A DNA stretch of 62,162 nt from Eubacteriales bacterium (GCA_045531485.1 JAZSEC010000010.1:1-62162), one strand, 5' to 3'; shown: positions 48,048 to 58,534, numbered from the stretch's first letter. Translations and numbers: made by a program. Notes: generated from the letters alone by a model not told the origin.

Positions 48048-50768
48048 TCATTTTCTCTTAAAGATAAGATCAACTGCATCACCTACCGACTTGATAGATT
48101 TATTACGCTCGGTAATGACCTCGTCGCATATCTCCTCAATGTCGGGATCGGAATCTCTCAGATGCTTCTTAAGCACCCCTCCTGCTCCAAGGCCGTAGAG
48201 GTTCACGAACTCGGTAACAGCCTCCCTAAGTCCTGAATCGTCATGGCGTACAAGCGTCGCAAGAGTCTGGGATGCGTTGCAGATATCCGTGGCACAGCCG
48301 AGGATCAACGAGATAGCAGAGGCAGCACCCTTACGGTCTGCCATAAATCCCTTGGCAAAGCCGCTCTCGTCCTCGAAGGAATCCTCAAACTCCCTCTGAT
48401 AATAGTCATAAAGCAGATCAAAATCAAAGCTTCCGTCGGTAAGGTAGCTCGCGATAAGCTGATAGGTACAGGAGGTCTCCTCATCCTGATTCTCAAGATC
48501 AAGATTATAGCTCTTGATATATCTGCCGATATTTCCTCTTACGTCACCAAAATCGGGCATACGTGAGGCGATTTTAAACGCACCCTCAGTCTCGCCAAGC
48601 TCACACTTACGCACAAGCTCAAGGTAGTCAACAATTAGCATATACTGAGGATGTCCCTTGATAAGAGGATTCTTCTCAGCGTAATCAAGCAGCTCGGAAA
48701 GTCCGTCCTTGCCATAATCAGCCTTAAATACGTCGGCAAATACATAGGCAATAACGGGGTATATTATTCTCTCACGGAATGCCTTGGCAACATCTGCAGG
48801 AAGTGCGGCAGACGCCATCTTATCGAGGCGAAGAAGGTCGCGAAGTCCGGAGGGAGCAACCACAACGGGTGCCGCCGTAAAGCGTAAAAGAAAATCAAGA
48901 TAGCCTACGGGTGAGAGATGCGAGGTCGCCTTATATGCCTTAAGAAGCTTGTCACCGCGTATATGGGCAGGCATACCTGCAAGAATACTAACCAGTATCT
49001 CAATACCTACACCGCTCTCAAGAGCATAGCGGAAGGTGATGTCCTCGCAGAAGCCACTGTGCTGGGTAAAAATAGCAGCAAGTCTTCCGTCACCGCGTGC
49101 AAGGTGCTGGGCAAGAATCAAGGTGAGATTATTTGCCATAAGCTCGGTAATATCACCCTTCTCCCTACCAATACGTCTGTTAATAAGACTGACAAGAAGA
49201 GTCGAAAGCATATCGCATTCAGGCACCATCTCAAGACAAGTGGTACATACCTTCATTTTCTGTGTCGAATTAAAGGCGGGATAGTGACGGTCAAGGAAGG
49301 TCACTATATGTGCCTGGATCTCAGGCGTACGAATGGAGAGCAGAAGCTTTTCAAGAACGATATCACGTGTAGCAACCGGCTCTGCTCTGAAATGTGCATC
49401 AAAGAAGGCGATGATCTGTGGCTGAAGGAATCCGCCGTAAAATACACGGCTGAGATCCTCGTTGATTACAGCCTTGACAGCATCGGTTTCACCGTCGTAG
49501 TATCTGGTGATGAAGCAGAAAAGACTGTCCCTCATCAGATCCACGTGTATCAGCCTGAGCAATACGTCGAGAGCAACCGCCTTAGCCTCCACACGCTCCT
49601 CGGGATACAGACGTGACAATCTTGAGAACACGCTGTCGGGAATGGCGGTGTGGGTGTCCGTGTATTTATTGAGAGGTCTGTAAACTCTTACTCTATGCTC
49701 CACAAGGAGTCCCTCACGGAAGCGTGCATACACGTCCATAAGGTTACAAAGCGAGTCGTCATCTGGCACGACGGTCTGTTCAACGTAAAATCCGCTGCAC
49801 TGCCAGAAAAGGAATACGATATCCCTCAGTGTATCAATATCGATGGTACGTATACCGTATTTTTCGGTAATTCTCGAAACAAAGGGCAGGAACTGCTCTC
49901 TGATCTTCGGATATTCGAAGAGCGAATAGAGGAAGGATACGAGCGATGCATTATTCTCATATCCGTCAGGTGCCCCACTTACTGTATTATTGGCAAAATC
50001 ATAGAATGCACCCGCCTCGGAGGGAACCGACTGAACCGACGAATCAAGACACTTGATCTTGAAGTAGGGATAATCGTTTACCCTGCTGACATAGCTGACG
50101 AAGGAAAATTCCTCACGAAGAGTGTAAGGCAAAACGCTCATGATCGCATTGAGAAGCGACAGAGCCTCTGCCGATGCATCCTTATCACTGCAGGGCAGAC
50201 GGAAGAACACACTTCTGTTTCCGCCACAGATGCTGCAAAGAATTGCATAGATCAGGCCCTTAACCATCTCACCGTCGTATTTACCAACCGTTGCCCTATG
50301 ATCCGAAAGCGACTTAATAATATAGTCCATCTTAGGAAAGGCGGGGTTGGGTGCGGCAAGTCTGGAGGTAATGTTGAACCTGGATATATCCTTATAGAAG
50401 CTGCCGGGATTAAAGCAGTCTGCCAGAGGATTGCCAAGCACCGAGGTCATCTCCTCCTCGGTAAGAACGAGCGTGTGTGCAAAATAAGCACTGCGTTCGC
50501 CTGTAAAGTCGACGGGAGCATAGCTTACCGCGGTCTGTGCCATCATGCCCGAGGGCAGACGGATCTGGCTATATACGGGAGAAAGCTCGCCGCGTCTGAT
50601 CCTCAGGGGATCGTATATATCCAATCTGTTCAGATAAACCAAGGAAAGCTCGCCGAGAATAAGGCTCGGCGAAAGCTCCGATGAATGAGCAAAGGTGTCG
50701 AAGCCATCTCGCTTATTAAAAAGACTTACACGTGCGGGCACGCGGGAATATAAATGCTGGTATGACAT
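48048..50768 (-). CDS. 906-aa protein with probable GAP1-N2 / GAP1-M-like N-terminal domains and a helical C-terminus
   Basis: QHLYSR...DGFDTFAHS, SYAPVDFTGERSAYFAHTLVL and LLNAIMSVLPYTLREEFSFVSY resemble my recollection of GTPase-associated protein 1 domains; the family call is unverified. Confidence 0.55.
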   Translation of the reverse strand: MSYQHLYSRVPARVSLFNKRDGFDTFAHSSELSPSLILGELSLVYLNRLDIYDPLRIRRGELSPVYSQIRLPSGMMAQTAVSYAPVDFTGERSAYFAHTLVLTEEEMTSVLGNPLADCFNPGSFYKDISRFNITSRLAAPNPAFPKMDYIIKSLSDHRATVGKYDGEMVKGLIYAILCSICGGNRSVFFRLPCSDKDASAEALSLLNAIMSVLPYTLREEFSFVSYVSRVNDYPYFKIKCLDSSVQSVPSEAGAFYDFANNTVSGAPDGYENNASLVSFLYSLFEYPKIREQFLPFVSRITEKYGIRTIDIDTLRDIVFLFWQCSGFYVEQTVVPDDDSLCNLMDVYARFREGLLVEHRVRVYRPLNKYTDTHTAIPDSVFSRLSRLYPEERVEAKAVALDVLLRLIHVDLMRDSLFCFITRYYDGETDAVKAVINEDLSRVFYGGFLQPQIIAFFDAHFRAEPVATRDIVLEKLLLSIRTPEIQAHIVTFLDRHYPAFNSTQKMKVCTTCLEMVPECDMLSTLLVSLINRRIGREKGDITELMANNLTLILAQHLARGDGRLAAIFTQHSGFCEDITFRYALESGVGIEILVSILAGMPAHIRGDKLLKAYKATSHLSPVGYLDFLLRFTAAPVVVAPSGLRDLLRLDKMASAALPADVAKAFRERIIYPVIAYVFADVFKADYGKDGLSELLDYAEKNPLIKGHPQYMLIVDYLELVRKCELGETEGAFKIASRMPDFGDVRGNIGRYIKSYNLDLENQDEETSCTYQLIASYLTDGSFDFDLLYDYYQREFEDSFEDESGFAKGFMADRKGAASAISLILGCATDICNASQTLATLVRHDDSGLREAVTEFVNLYGLGAGGVLKKHLRDSDPDIEEICDEVITERNKSIKSVGDAVDLIFKRK

Positions 50769-50801
50769 AGCGACTCCTTTTTTCAGAACTTCAAAAATAA
50801 A

Positions 50802-52487
50802 TTATTCAACGTTAAGGCTCATAAGCTCGTGAATACTGGTAACGCCCTTATAAACAAGCTCACGACAGCTGGTCCAAAGAGGTGTCATGCCGTTCTCGGC
50901 AGCAACCTTACGAAGACTTTCGATATTCTTCTCGGTGAGAATTGCATTTCTCATTCTATCGTTAACGTACATCAGCTCATGAACGGCAATTCTTCCCTTA
51001 TAGCCGGTGTTGTTACAGAACTGACAGCCCTGAGGTCTGGAAATAACGATTGGCTCTTCAATTCCGAGAAGCTCCATCTCACGAGCGTTTGTCTTACCAC
51101 GCTTACGGCAGGCAGGACAAATTCTCTTAACAAGACGCTGGGCAATAACGCCTACTACCGCATCGGCAACCAGATAGTCCTTTACGTTCATATCCTCAAG
51201 ACGGGTGATAGCACCGGGAGCGTCGTTGGTATGGAGGGTACTGAACACAAGGTGGCCCGTGATAGCCGAACGAACGGCGATCTCGGCAGTTTCCTCATCT
51301 CGAATCTCACCGATCATGATAATATCAGGGTCCTGACGGAGAATGGAACGAAGAGCTGCAGCGAAGGTCATGTTCGCCTTCGCGTTAACCTGGGTCTGGT
51401 TAATGCCTGCCATAGAATACTCTACGGGGTCCTCAACCGTTACGATATTAACGTCGGGATGGTTTACCTCCTTAAGGAAGGAGTAAAGTGTGGTGGACTT
51501 ACCACATCCTGTAGGACCGGTAAGAAGGATAATTCCATGGGGACGTGCAAGCATCTTATCAACCAGCTTATTCTCCTCGGGGGTAAATCCAAGGTCTGCA
51601 CGGGTAAACTGGAAGGAGGTCTTGTCGAGAATTCTTATAACGAACTTCTCGCCGAAAACGGTAGGAAGTGTAGATACACGGAAGTCATATTCCTTACCGC
51701 CTATGTTCATATTAATACGGCCGTCCTGAGGTACACGACGCTCAGCAATATTAAGGCCGGACATAATTTTAAGTCTTGCACAGATGGCAGAATACGCCTC
51801 TATGGGGAACTCTGCACGCTCCTGAAGGTCACCGTCTACACGGTATCTTACCTTAACCTTGTGCTCGAAGGGCTCGATATGAATATCCGACGCACGGAAA
51901 GGAATAGCCTCCTTAATGATCGAGTCAACAAGACGAACGGCAGGGTTATTGATAACCTCGTTGTCGCTGGAGATGGTGGTCTCACCACCGAGGGACTGGA
52001 TAACCTTATCGGTCTTTTCAGCGTTAAGGTCGTAGATCGCACTCTTGGTATTCTCAACAGCGGAGATAGAGTCAATATATCTGTCGATCTGTACGGGAGG
52101 AACGAGAATAAAGTCATACTTAGCCGCGAACTGTGTGGAAAGTGCGGAAAGCGAATGACAGTTAAGCGGCTTGCCCGTAGCGACAAGAATAACACCGTTC
52201 TTGTCCTCGCACACCGGGATGATCTTATGCTTCTTCATAAAATCATAGGTGAACTTCTCGAAGAGGTTATCGTCAATATCAAGCATATCGATCTCGACGC
52301 AGGGCATGCAATAGTATGCTGCACGTGCCTCAAGCTCGTTTGTTTCGGTTATCATTTCCTTAGCGAGAAGGTAGTCACGAACGTTGCTCTTTCTCACCTT
52401 GCACTCAGAGAGGATCTCGGGTGCTTTTTTTCTTTTGATCAGCTTCTTGTAGCTGTAAAACTGCAATAGCTCCTTATTAATATTCAT
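50802..52487 (-). CDS. pilB: type IV pilus assembly ATPase (PilB/GspE family)
   Basis: ASDIHIEP, AERRVPQDGR, GPTGCGKSTT, TVEDPVEY, LRQDPDIIMIGEIRD, AITGHLVFSTLHTN, two CxxC pairs. Confidence 0.95.
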   Translation of the reverse strand: MNINKELLQFYSYKKLIKRKKAPEILSECKVRKSNVRDYLLAKEMITETNELEARAAYYCMPCVEIDMLDIDDNLFEKFTYDFMKKHKIIPVCEDKNGVILVATGKPLNCHSLSALSTQFAAKYDFILVPPVQIDRYIDSISAVENTKSAIYDLNAEKTDKVIQSLGGETTISSDNEVINNPAVRLVDSIIKEAIPFRASDIHIEPFEHKVKVRYRVDGDLQERAEFPIEAYSAICARLKIMSGLNIAERRVPQDGRINMNIGGKEYDFRVSTLPTVFGEKFVIRILDKTSFQFTRADLGFTPEENKLVDKMLARPHGIILLTGPTGCGKSTTLYSFLKEVNHPDVNIVTVEDPVEYSMAGINQTQVNAKANMTFAAALRSILRQDPDIIMIGEIRDEETAEIAVRSAITGHLVFSTLHTNDAPGAITRLEDMNVKDYLVADAVVGVIAQRLVKRICPACRKRGKTNAREMELLGIEEPIVISRPQGCQFCNNTGYKGRIAVHELMYVNDRMRNAILTEKNIESLRKVAAENGMTPLWTSCRELVYKGVTSIHELMSLNVE

Positions 52488-52526
52488 CTATTGTTCCCTT
52501 TCTTTAGGGTGTGATTTTATAATTGA

Positions 52527-53735
52527 TTACAGAGTGGTCATGATGGACAGCATGGGCGAGTAAACGCCAATGAACATCGTACCGACAACGCCAGCCATAA
52601 GCACAAGCATAATAGGCTGAATCTTCGAGGAGAAGGAATTGAACGAGGCGTCCAGCTGCATATCAAAGTAAGAGCAGGAACGGGTGAGAACGTCGTTTAG
52701 TGAGTTCGTTCTCTCACCTATTGCCACCATCTTCGTAAGCATGGTGGGGAAAATACCGATGCTGTCGAAGGCGTTGGTCAGGGACATACCGTGACGAACG
52801 TAGTCGGTAGCGATCTGGAAATGCTTTCTCATATATCTGTTTGTAAGCACCACGGATACCGCATCCATAGCCTCGGTAAGATCCATACCACTGGTAAGCA
52901 GAAGAGCAAATGCTCTTGCAAATCTGGTAGTCTGGGAGGGGATCTGAATGGTTTTGAGAAGAGGCATCTTAACCTTGATAACGTCAAGGGTGTACTTGCC
53001 GTTCTCCGTACGGAGATACATATAGAGGACAAACGCCACGAGTATCAGACCAAGCACGATAACTCTCCACCACTGAAGAACGAAGTCGGACATATCGTAG
53101 ATAACCTTAGTAATACCAACGATCGGAACGTCAAGGTCGGCAAGAGCGTCCTTGAAGATAGGAATGATGAACACCAGCATAACGATGGCGATAGCCACGG
53201 TCATACCGAGAAGCATCATGGGATAGGACAATGCACTCTTAAGCTTCTGCTTGTTAGCCTGATCCTTTTCATAGAAATCTGCCAGTGCGTTGCACACGAG
53301 GTCAAGCTTACCACTCATCTCACCGACGTAGATCATGCTGCGGAAGAAATCAGGGAAAACCTTTTTGTGCTTCTGGAGTGCCTCGCTCATCAGCATACCG
53401 CCCTTAACGTCATCATAGATTACGTCAAGAATGCTCTTGAAGTAATTGGAGAAGGGCTGGTTTCTGAGTACGTCAAGGCTCTCAAGAAGAGGAACGTTTG
53501 TAGTAAGCATTATAGCGAACTGACGGCAGAAGTTAGAAAGCTCGTCAAGAGTTACCTTACCCGTACCGAGAGTCCAGAATGCAGAGGGAGTTTCACCCGA
53601 ATAAAGCTGGCAGGACGTGAGATAGAGGCTCTGCTTAGCGAGCTGCTCCGCAAGATCTCTCTCATCCTTAGCAATGAATGTTCCCTTAATTTTTTTATTT
53701 TCAATATTTACGGCTGTATATTTAAATTTTTGCAA
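52527..53735 (-). CDS. pilC: type IV pilus platform protein (PilC/GspF family)
   Basis: FCRQFAIML, GEMSGKL, KLKSALSYP, MVAIGE, IQPIM. Confidence 0.93.
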   Translation of the reverse strand: MQKFKYTAVNIENKKIKGTFIAKDERDLAEQLAKQSLYLTSCQLYSGETPSAFWTLGTGKVTLDELSNFCRQFAIMLTTNVPLLESLDVLRNQPFSNYFKSILDVIYDDVKGGMLMSEALQKHKKVFPDFFRSMIYVGEMSGKLDLVCNALADFYEKDQANKQKLKSALSYPMMLLGMTVAIAIVMLVFIIPIFKDALADLDVPIVGITKVIYDMSDFVLQWWRVIVLGLILVAFVLYMYLRTENGKYTLDVIKVKMPLLKTIQIPSQTTRFARAFALLLTSGMDLTEAMDAVSVVLTNRYMRKHFQIATDYVRHGMSLTNAFDSIGIFPTMLTKMVAIGERTNSLNDVLTRSCSYFDMQLDASFNSFSSKIQPIMLVLMAGVVGTMFIGVYSPMLSIMTTL

Positions 53736-53779
53736 GGAACGTTTTGCCCCCTTTCGAAGAATTCAAAGTAAATGATAAA

Positions 53780-54577
53780 TTAAAGTCCAAGAAGAGATAA
53801 ATACCAGGTGATGATAGGCTGACCAAAGAGTAACGCAGCAGCAACACCAACCGAGATGAAGGGGCCGAAGGGATACTCACGGTCGTGCTCGTCACCTCTC
53901 ACTCTTCTCACGATAAGAAGAATTACGCTGGCACTGATGGATGCGATAAGCATCGCAAACAGCATTCTCTGCCAACCGAGGAGAAGTCCCGCGGCAAAGG
54001 CGAACTTTACGTCGCCAAAGCCAAGGCCCTCACGCTTCAGAATCAGAATCGCACCGTAGTAAATAAGCAGGAAGAAGCCACCGAAAACGGCAGCACCGAT
54101 AAGATGGTCATACCATCTCGTGAACCTATCAAAGAACAGGATCACGGCTCCAGCCACTGCGATAATAATAACGAAGCGGTTATATATGAGCATGTGCTCA
54201 AGATCAATAAAGAAGATGCAGATCAGAGCAGACAGCGAAATAGCGGCTGCTATCGCGTATGCCGGGCTTCTGTCCCAGAAAAGAAGAACCGAGAGAAGCC
54301 AGAAAACTGCATTAAGTATCTCAACGATAACGTATCTCGGAGAGATAGGCTCGCGGCATTTTCTACACCTGCCGCCAAGAATAAGGTAGGATAAAACGGG
54401 AATATTATCATACCACTTAAGAGTGTAATCGCATTTAGGACAATGGGAAGCAGGCTTTGACATGCTCATCTCATTGGGCAGGCGGTAGATAACTACGTTA
54501 AGGAAGCTACCCACACAAAGACCGACCAGACCCGCGAGAATATACACGCACAGCATCATAAACTGTTCACTGGACAT
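53780..54577 (-). CDS. pilD: prepilin peptidase (A24A)
   Basis: GSFLNVVIYRLP, SHCPKC, GRCRKC, IDLEH, GFGDVK, PFGPFI. Confidence 0.95.
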   Translation of the reverse strand: MSSEQFMMLCVYILAGLVGLCVGSFLNVVIYRLPNEMSMSKPASHCPKCDYTLKWYDNIPVLSYLILGGRCRKCREPISPRYVIVEILNAVFWLLSVLLFWDRSPAYAIAAAISLSALICIFFIDLEHMLIYNRFVIIIAVAGAVILFFDRFTRWYDHLIGAAVFGGFFLLIYYGAILILKREGLGFGDVKFAFAAGLLLGWQRMLFAMLIASISASVILLIVRRVRGDEHDREYPFGPFISVGVAAALLFGQPIITWYLSLLGL

Positions 54578-54590
54578 AGGCTACCTCCGA

Positions 54591-56030
54591 TTACTTCTTG
54601 CCGCCGATCTCGGTGGTGGCGATTTTCTTAATAACCTCGAGGATCTTCTTAAGCTTATCCTCGCCCTGAGGCTTTCCGTTCTGCTCGCTGTTTTCCTCGC
54701 CTTCCTTCTTCTCACCCGGCTTATCATTATTAACCTTAGGTGCGTGAACTATTGCGGGGAAATTATTAAATCCGTTATAGAGCTTTGTAAACAGACCGCC
54801 GTAAAGCTCAAGATTCTTCTTAACCACCTCAGGCTCCTCTGCAGTAAGGAGAGGAAGGAACTGAACGCCGTTTTCCTCTTCCTCAAGGTTTACGAGATCG
54901 TAGAGGAAGTTATACTCCTCGGGCATATTAACGTAAACCGCCTCGGGAGCACCGAGAGATGCGATTGCAGGATTGGATGCGATAAACTCGAGAGTCCACT
55001 TCATAAACAGACGGAAGTTCTCGAACATATAACCCTCACGGTTGGTGGGAGTGGGACGAAGCATAAACTTAGGAAGCTTTCTGGCGGTTTTCTTCGCCTT
55101 TTTGGCAAGGGGATCGGCTTCGGCCTCCTCGCCCTCGGACTCAACCTCAGCAAGCTCACGCTCAAGCTCAACGTCCTCCTCGTCATCCTCGTCCTCGACC
55201 TTACGTCTTGCGGGATACTCAAGCTCGTCATCCTCTTCCTCAGCAGGAGCCTCCTCAACCACGGTGGTTTCCTCCTCGTCATGAAGAGCAAGGTGCTTTG
55301 CCTTAGCCTTTGCCTTAGCATTAATAATAAGCAGCTCGGCAGAGCTATGATCGAAGATAAGATCCTCAGGCATTACACGCGTCTTATAAAGCATCTTGTA
55401 GCCGAAGGGGAGAGGATAGAAGCCAAAGGTCTTACCCTTGACAACGAAGATGATCCTGGCATACTCCTCCTTGATATCGAGGAGAACGAAGGATGTGTTT
55501 CTGAGCTTCTGATTAAGTGCCATAGCCGCATTCGTCGCAGAGGAGGAAGCGTATGTGATAGCACCTATTCCGATCTGATGATCGGCACAAGCCTTAGAAA
55601 GATTAAGTAAAATATCCTTTCTGACCGCGGAGATAGCGTAGGTAGCCATCTGCTTAGACTGGTTAGCGAGAACGCGGTTGAACTTAAGCTCTGCACTGTT
55701 GCCGTACACGTTAGAGAGAGATGCGGCGAGAGAGGAGTCAAGAGCCTTCTTGCTAATGGGAGGCAGGTTTACCATATCGGTAAGCACAGCCGAGTCGGGC
55801 AGAACGATAGTAACCTTCTGCATAGGCTGGTTAGGATGATCCTCACGGAACTGACCGAGGATAGCACCTACCTTTTCATAAAACTCGGGGCTGAAGGGTC
55901 TTGCCTTGTAGCCGCTTATCAAGTAATTGATAGTGCTCTTGTCGTTTCCGTCTATGGAATAGAGCGAGATTATTTCTCTGTCGGTATCGATGCCGATAAT
56001 CGACTCTATGTTGCTTTTTTTCTTTGCCAC
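54591..56030 (-). CDS. divergent PilM-like protein with an acidic insert
   Basis: IIGID start, KVTIVLPDSAVLTDMVNLPP and VLLDI motifs; located in the pilus operon; GTG at 56030 after GAAAGGA. Confidence 0.55.
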   Translation of the reverse strand: MAKKKSNIESIIGIDTDREIISLYSIDGNDKSTINYLISGYKARPFSPEFYEKVGAILGQFREDHPNQPMQKVTIVLPDSAVLTDMVNLPPISKKALDSSLAASLSNVYGNSAELKFNRVLANQSKQMATYAISAVRKDILLNLSKACADHQIGIGAITYASSSATNAAMALNQKLRNTSFVLLDIKEEYARIIFVVKGKTFGFYPLPFGYKMLYKTRVMPEDLIFDHSSAELLIINAKAKAKAKHLALHDEEETTVVEEAPAEEEDDELEYPARRKVEDEDDEEDVELERELAEVESEGEEAEADPLAKKAKKTARKLPKFMLRPTPTNREGYMFENFRLFMKWTLEFIASNPAIASLGAPEAVYVNMPEEYNFLYDLVNLEEEENGVQFLPLLTAEEPEVVKKNLELYGGLFTKLYNGFNNFPAIVHAPKVNNDKPGEKKEGEENSEQNGKPQGEDKLKKILEVIKKIATTEIGGKK

Positions 56031-56047
56031 TTTGTTTGTCCTTTCCG

Positions 56048-56458
56048 TTATTTCCAAGAGGTGATTTCGCCGTTAGTAACCACAATTGTAAGAATTGGAG
56101 TCGCTGTTTGGGTATCGGTAACTTCACCGCTATAAATTTCATAAGTTTGTGTAACCGTTTCAGGATCTGCAACGGTCATCATTGTATATTTAACAATATA
56201 TTTTTTGTTATTTTCGCCATTTTGGGGATATGTGATTTCGTTGTTTTCTCCGTTAATAAGATTAGTACGAGAAATCACAAACTCACCCACATCATTCACC
56301 TCAATCATTTCATTGAAGCTCTGGTAGTCCTGAACTCGAAGGGAATTCTGCAGACCGGCGGCGGACATAAGCATAATGGTGAAGGCTATCATAAGAAACA
56401 TAACGCCGACAGCCAATTCAATTGCTACGCCCTTGCGTGATTTTATTAACTTTTTCAA
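56048..56458 (-). CDS. minor pilin-like protein
   Basis: Basic leader KSRKG|VAIELAVGVMFLM followed by a hydrophobic helix; Glu is at +4 rather than +5. Confidence 0.75.
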   Translation of the reverse strand: MKKLIKSRKGVAIELAVGVMFLMIAFTIMLMSAAGLQNSLRVQDYQSFNEMIEVNDVGEFVISRTNLINGENNEITYPQNGENNKKYIVKYTMMTVADPETVTQTYEIYSGEVTDTQTATPILTIVVTNGEITSWK

Positions 56459-56522
56459 ATTGTTCCCTCCTTTGTATTGCTTTAGCCTACCCCAAGGGGA
56501 AGGCTTGTTGTTAGAGTAGGTG

Positions 56523-57161
56523 TTATCTCACCGTGTAGGATTTGGTTTCGAGGAGCTCCTCGCCCTCGGAATTGGTGGCGGTGATGGTAATGGTGTTGTA
56601 ACTAAACTTAACGTCATCTTCAATACCGTCGCTGAATACAAGTGTAACGGTTACGCCGCCTTTGGTTACGGTGCAAATTATAGTAGTGCTATCATTCTCG
56701 TTAGGCTTCATTTCAAATCCAACGTTATTTGGATAGTGGGTGATGGTTGGATCTGTTTCATCTTTTTTACAGCCAAGCGATATTTTGAAAGCATGCTCGA
56801 ACATATCAAGACAGTGGCTGCTGCCTTGGGGGACATCCACACCATCAGTCGCATTCCTTGCAACGCGGAAGCATTCGACGGCGTTTTCGGCTATGTTGGT
56901 GGCTTCGATCATCTGGATGGTTTCGGCGTGGGTCTTGTTATCAACGGCAACGACGCCGATAGCAACAGAGCTGACAAGAACTATGATAAACAGTGCCATA
57001 ACCAGCTCTACGATGGTAAAGCCGCGTCGATTGCCTTCCCCTCGAGGGGAAGGTGTCAGGCTTGCCTGACGGATGAGGTGGTTTTTGCTCGGAGTGTTTT
57101 TTGCACGCTTGTTTTTCGGACGACCAATGGTCGCTCCTACGGAATCAAAAATCTTTTTCAT
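56523..57161 (-). CDS. minor prepilin with an abnormally long (47-aa) leader
   Basis: RRG|FTIVELVMAL class III signal; ATG directly follows the upstream stop, with a GAGGAGG RBS. Confidence 0.88.
   Translation of the reverse strand: MKKIFDSVGATIGRPKNKRAKNTPSKNHLIRQASLTPSPRGEGNRRGFTIVELVMALFIIVLVSSVAIGVVAVDNKTHAETIQMIEATNIAENAVECFRVARNATDGVDVPQGSSHCLDMFEHAFKISLGCKKDETDPTITHYPNNVGFEMKPNENDSTTIICTVTKGGVTVTLVFSDGIEDDVKFSYNTITITATNSEGEELLETKSYTVR
57033..57080. repeat. REP-like double-hairpin element inside the prepilin leader
   Basis: GCCTTCCCCTCGAGGGGAAGGT-GTCAGGCTTGCCTGAC-GGATGAGGTG; degenerate relatives at 56485, 57739 and 59140. Confidence 0.8.
57117..57140 (-). repeat. GTAG-type REP-like palindrome inside the prepilin leader
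   Basis: GTAGGAGCGACCATTGGTCGTCCG; relative GTAGGGGCCGCCATTGGCAGTCCG at 59729-59752. Confidence 0.8.
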
Positions 57162-57162
57162 A

Positions 57163-57708
57163 TCAATTTACCTCCTCGCCCACATAGGGATTTACACAGA
57201 AGGTGTAGGTATATAACGTGTCACCGACACTATAAGTGATAGTGCAATAGTAAAGCACGTCGGAGCTTGTAAAGCCGTTACTTGGAGTAATGCCTCCAAC
57301 GACAACAGAGCTGTTAGAGGACAGAATGTTGTTATTAATTACAGCATAACGAGCGGTATCAAATTTAATCGACTCGATGGATTCAAGGAACATAACGTCG
57401 TTGCCGTAAACGTAAAGAACCTTTCCTGTGGAGAAGAAAACAGAAGCATTATCTTCACCCATTAAATACAGCTTATCGCCATCTTTGATCTCAATTGCCT
57501 TCTCGGAGTTTTCTATAAACCCTTCGATAAGGGATTCTGCCAGGTGGACTTCCTGGAGGGCTTCGAGACGGGCGTTGCTGATGCCCTGGGCACCGTGCAT
57601 CATGGAGCTGAAGGAAACGACCATCGTTGCCGCGATAACGAGAACGGCGAGAACGACCAAAAGCTCGGCAAGGGTTGCACCCTTTCGTGATTTAATTGTA
57701 TTTTTCAT
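57163..57708 (-). CDS. minor prepilin
   Basis: KSRKG|ATLAELLVVLAVL class III signal. Confidence 0.88.
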   Translation of the reverse strand: MKNTIKSRKGATLAELLVVLAVLVIAATMVVSFSSMMHGAQGISNARLEALQEVHLAESLIEGFIENSEKAIEIKDGDKLYLMGEDNASVFFSTGKVLYVYGNDVMFLESIESIKFDTARYAVINNNILSSNSSVVVGGITPSNGFTSSDVLYYCTITYSVGDTLYTYTFCVNPYVGEEVN

Positions 57709-58045
57709 AGGATACCTCCCTTTTAAAGTGAAAGTTCAGCCTTCCCTGTTGGTTACGAAGGCTTGTTGTAATAATGGATATGTGACGAAGGCTATATAAA
57801 AGCTTTAAAATATTTTAACAAAAAAATTTTTCGCACATGTAAAATAAGGAAAAGGATTCGTGTTGGCGAAGGTTAGTCGTCGTTTTTTTAATCATTCTCT
57901 TTGTTTTACATTTGCGTTTTTGATCTGTTTTTTGGTTATTTTTTGTCAGAAATGTAAATTATAGTGTGCATTTCTACACAAAAGGCCCGACAGACGCCTG
58001 GTTTTTCGGATAGCGGTCGGCATCATTTTCGGGTCAATAATTGGC

Positions 58046-58083
58046 AAACACCACAGCATCCAAAAGTATGAATGCTGTGGTGT
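58046..58083 (-). terminator. stem-loop / terminator after the major pilin pair
   Basis: On the - strand, ACACCACAGCATTC...GGATGCTGTGGTGT-TT. Confidence 0.7.
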
Positions 58084-58122
58084 CAAAAACCTTTCCGAGT
58101 GGTTTTTTAGGATATCTTTAGA

Positions 58123-58512
58123 TTAGGGGTTGGGATTAGCAGGAGGATTGCAAGTTGTGCAAGTTCCTGCAGTGTGATCTGCAGCGTGAGACCAAACTCC
58201 GCTATCATTTTCGCTAAGTACAACCGCACAAGCATCGAGTTCTTCAACAGCTTCATACTCGTTATCGATTTCATAATACTTATCGTTTACAAGCACATAA
58301 TCAATTTCAGGAACGCCATTGGTCTTGATATCAACAGTAGTAAGATACTCGGTATAAGCATTTCTAGCCTTCTGAAGATCAGCTGCAGCATTAGCCTGAT
58401 CAATAACACCACCAAAGGTGGGGATAAGAACTGCGGAAAGAATTGCAATAACTGCGATTACGATTACAAGCTCTACAATAGTAAAGCCCTTCTTGTTATT
58501 TCTTTTCATCAT
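58123..58512 (-). CDS. type IV pilin (candidate major pilin 2)
   Basis: KKG|FTIVELVIVIAVIAILSAVLIPTF. Confidence 0.93.
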   Translation of the reverse strand: MMKRNNKKGFTIVELVIVIAVIAILSAVLIPTFGGVIDQANAAADLQKARNAYTEYLTTVDIKTNGVPEIDYVLVNDKYYEIDNEYEAVEELDACAVVLSENDSGVWSHAADHTAGTCTTCNPPANPNP

Positions 58513-58534
58513 TAATTACCTCTAAAAAATAATT

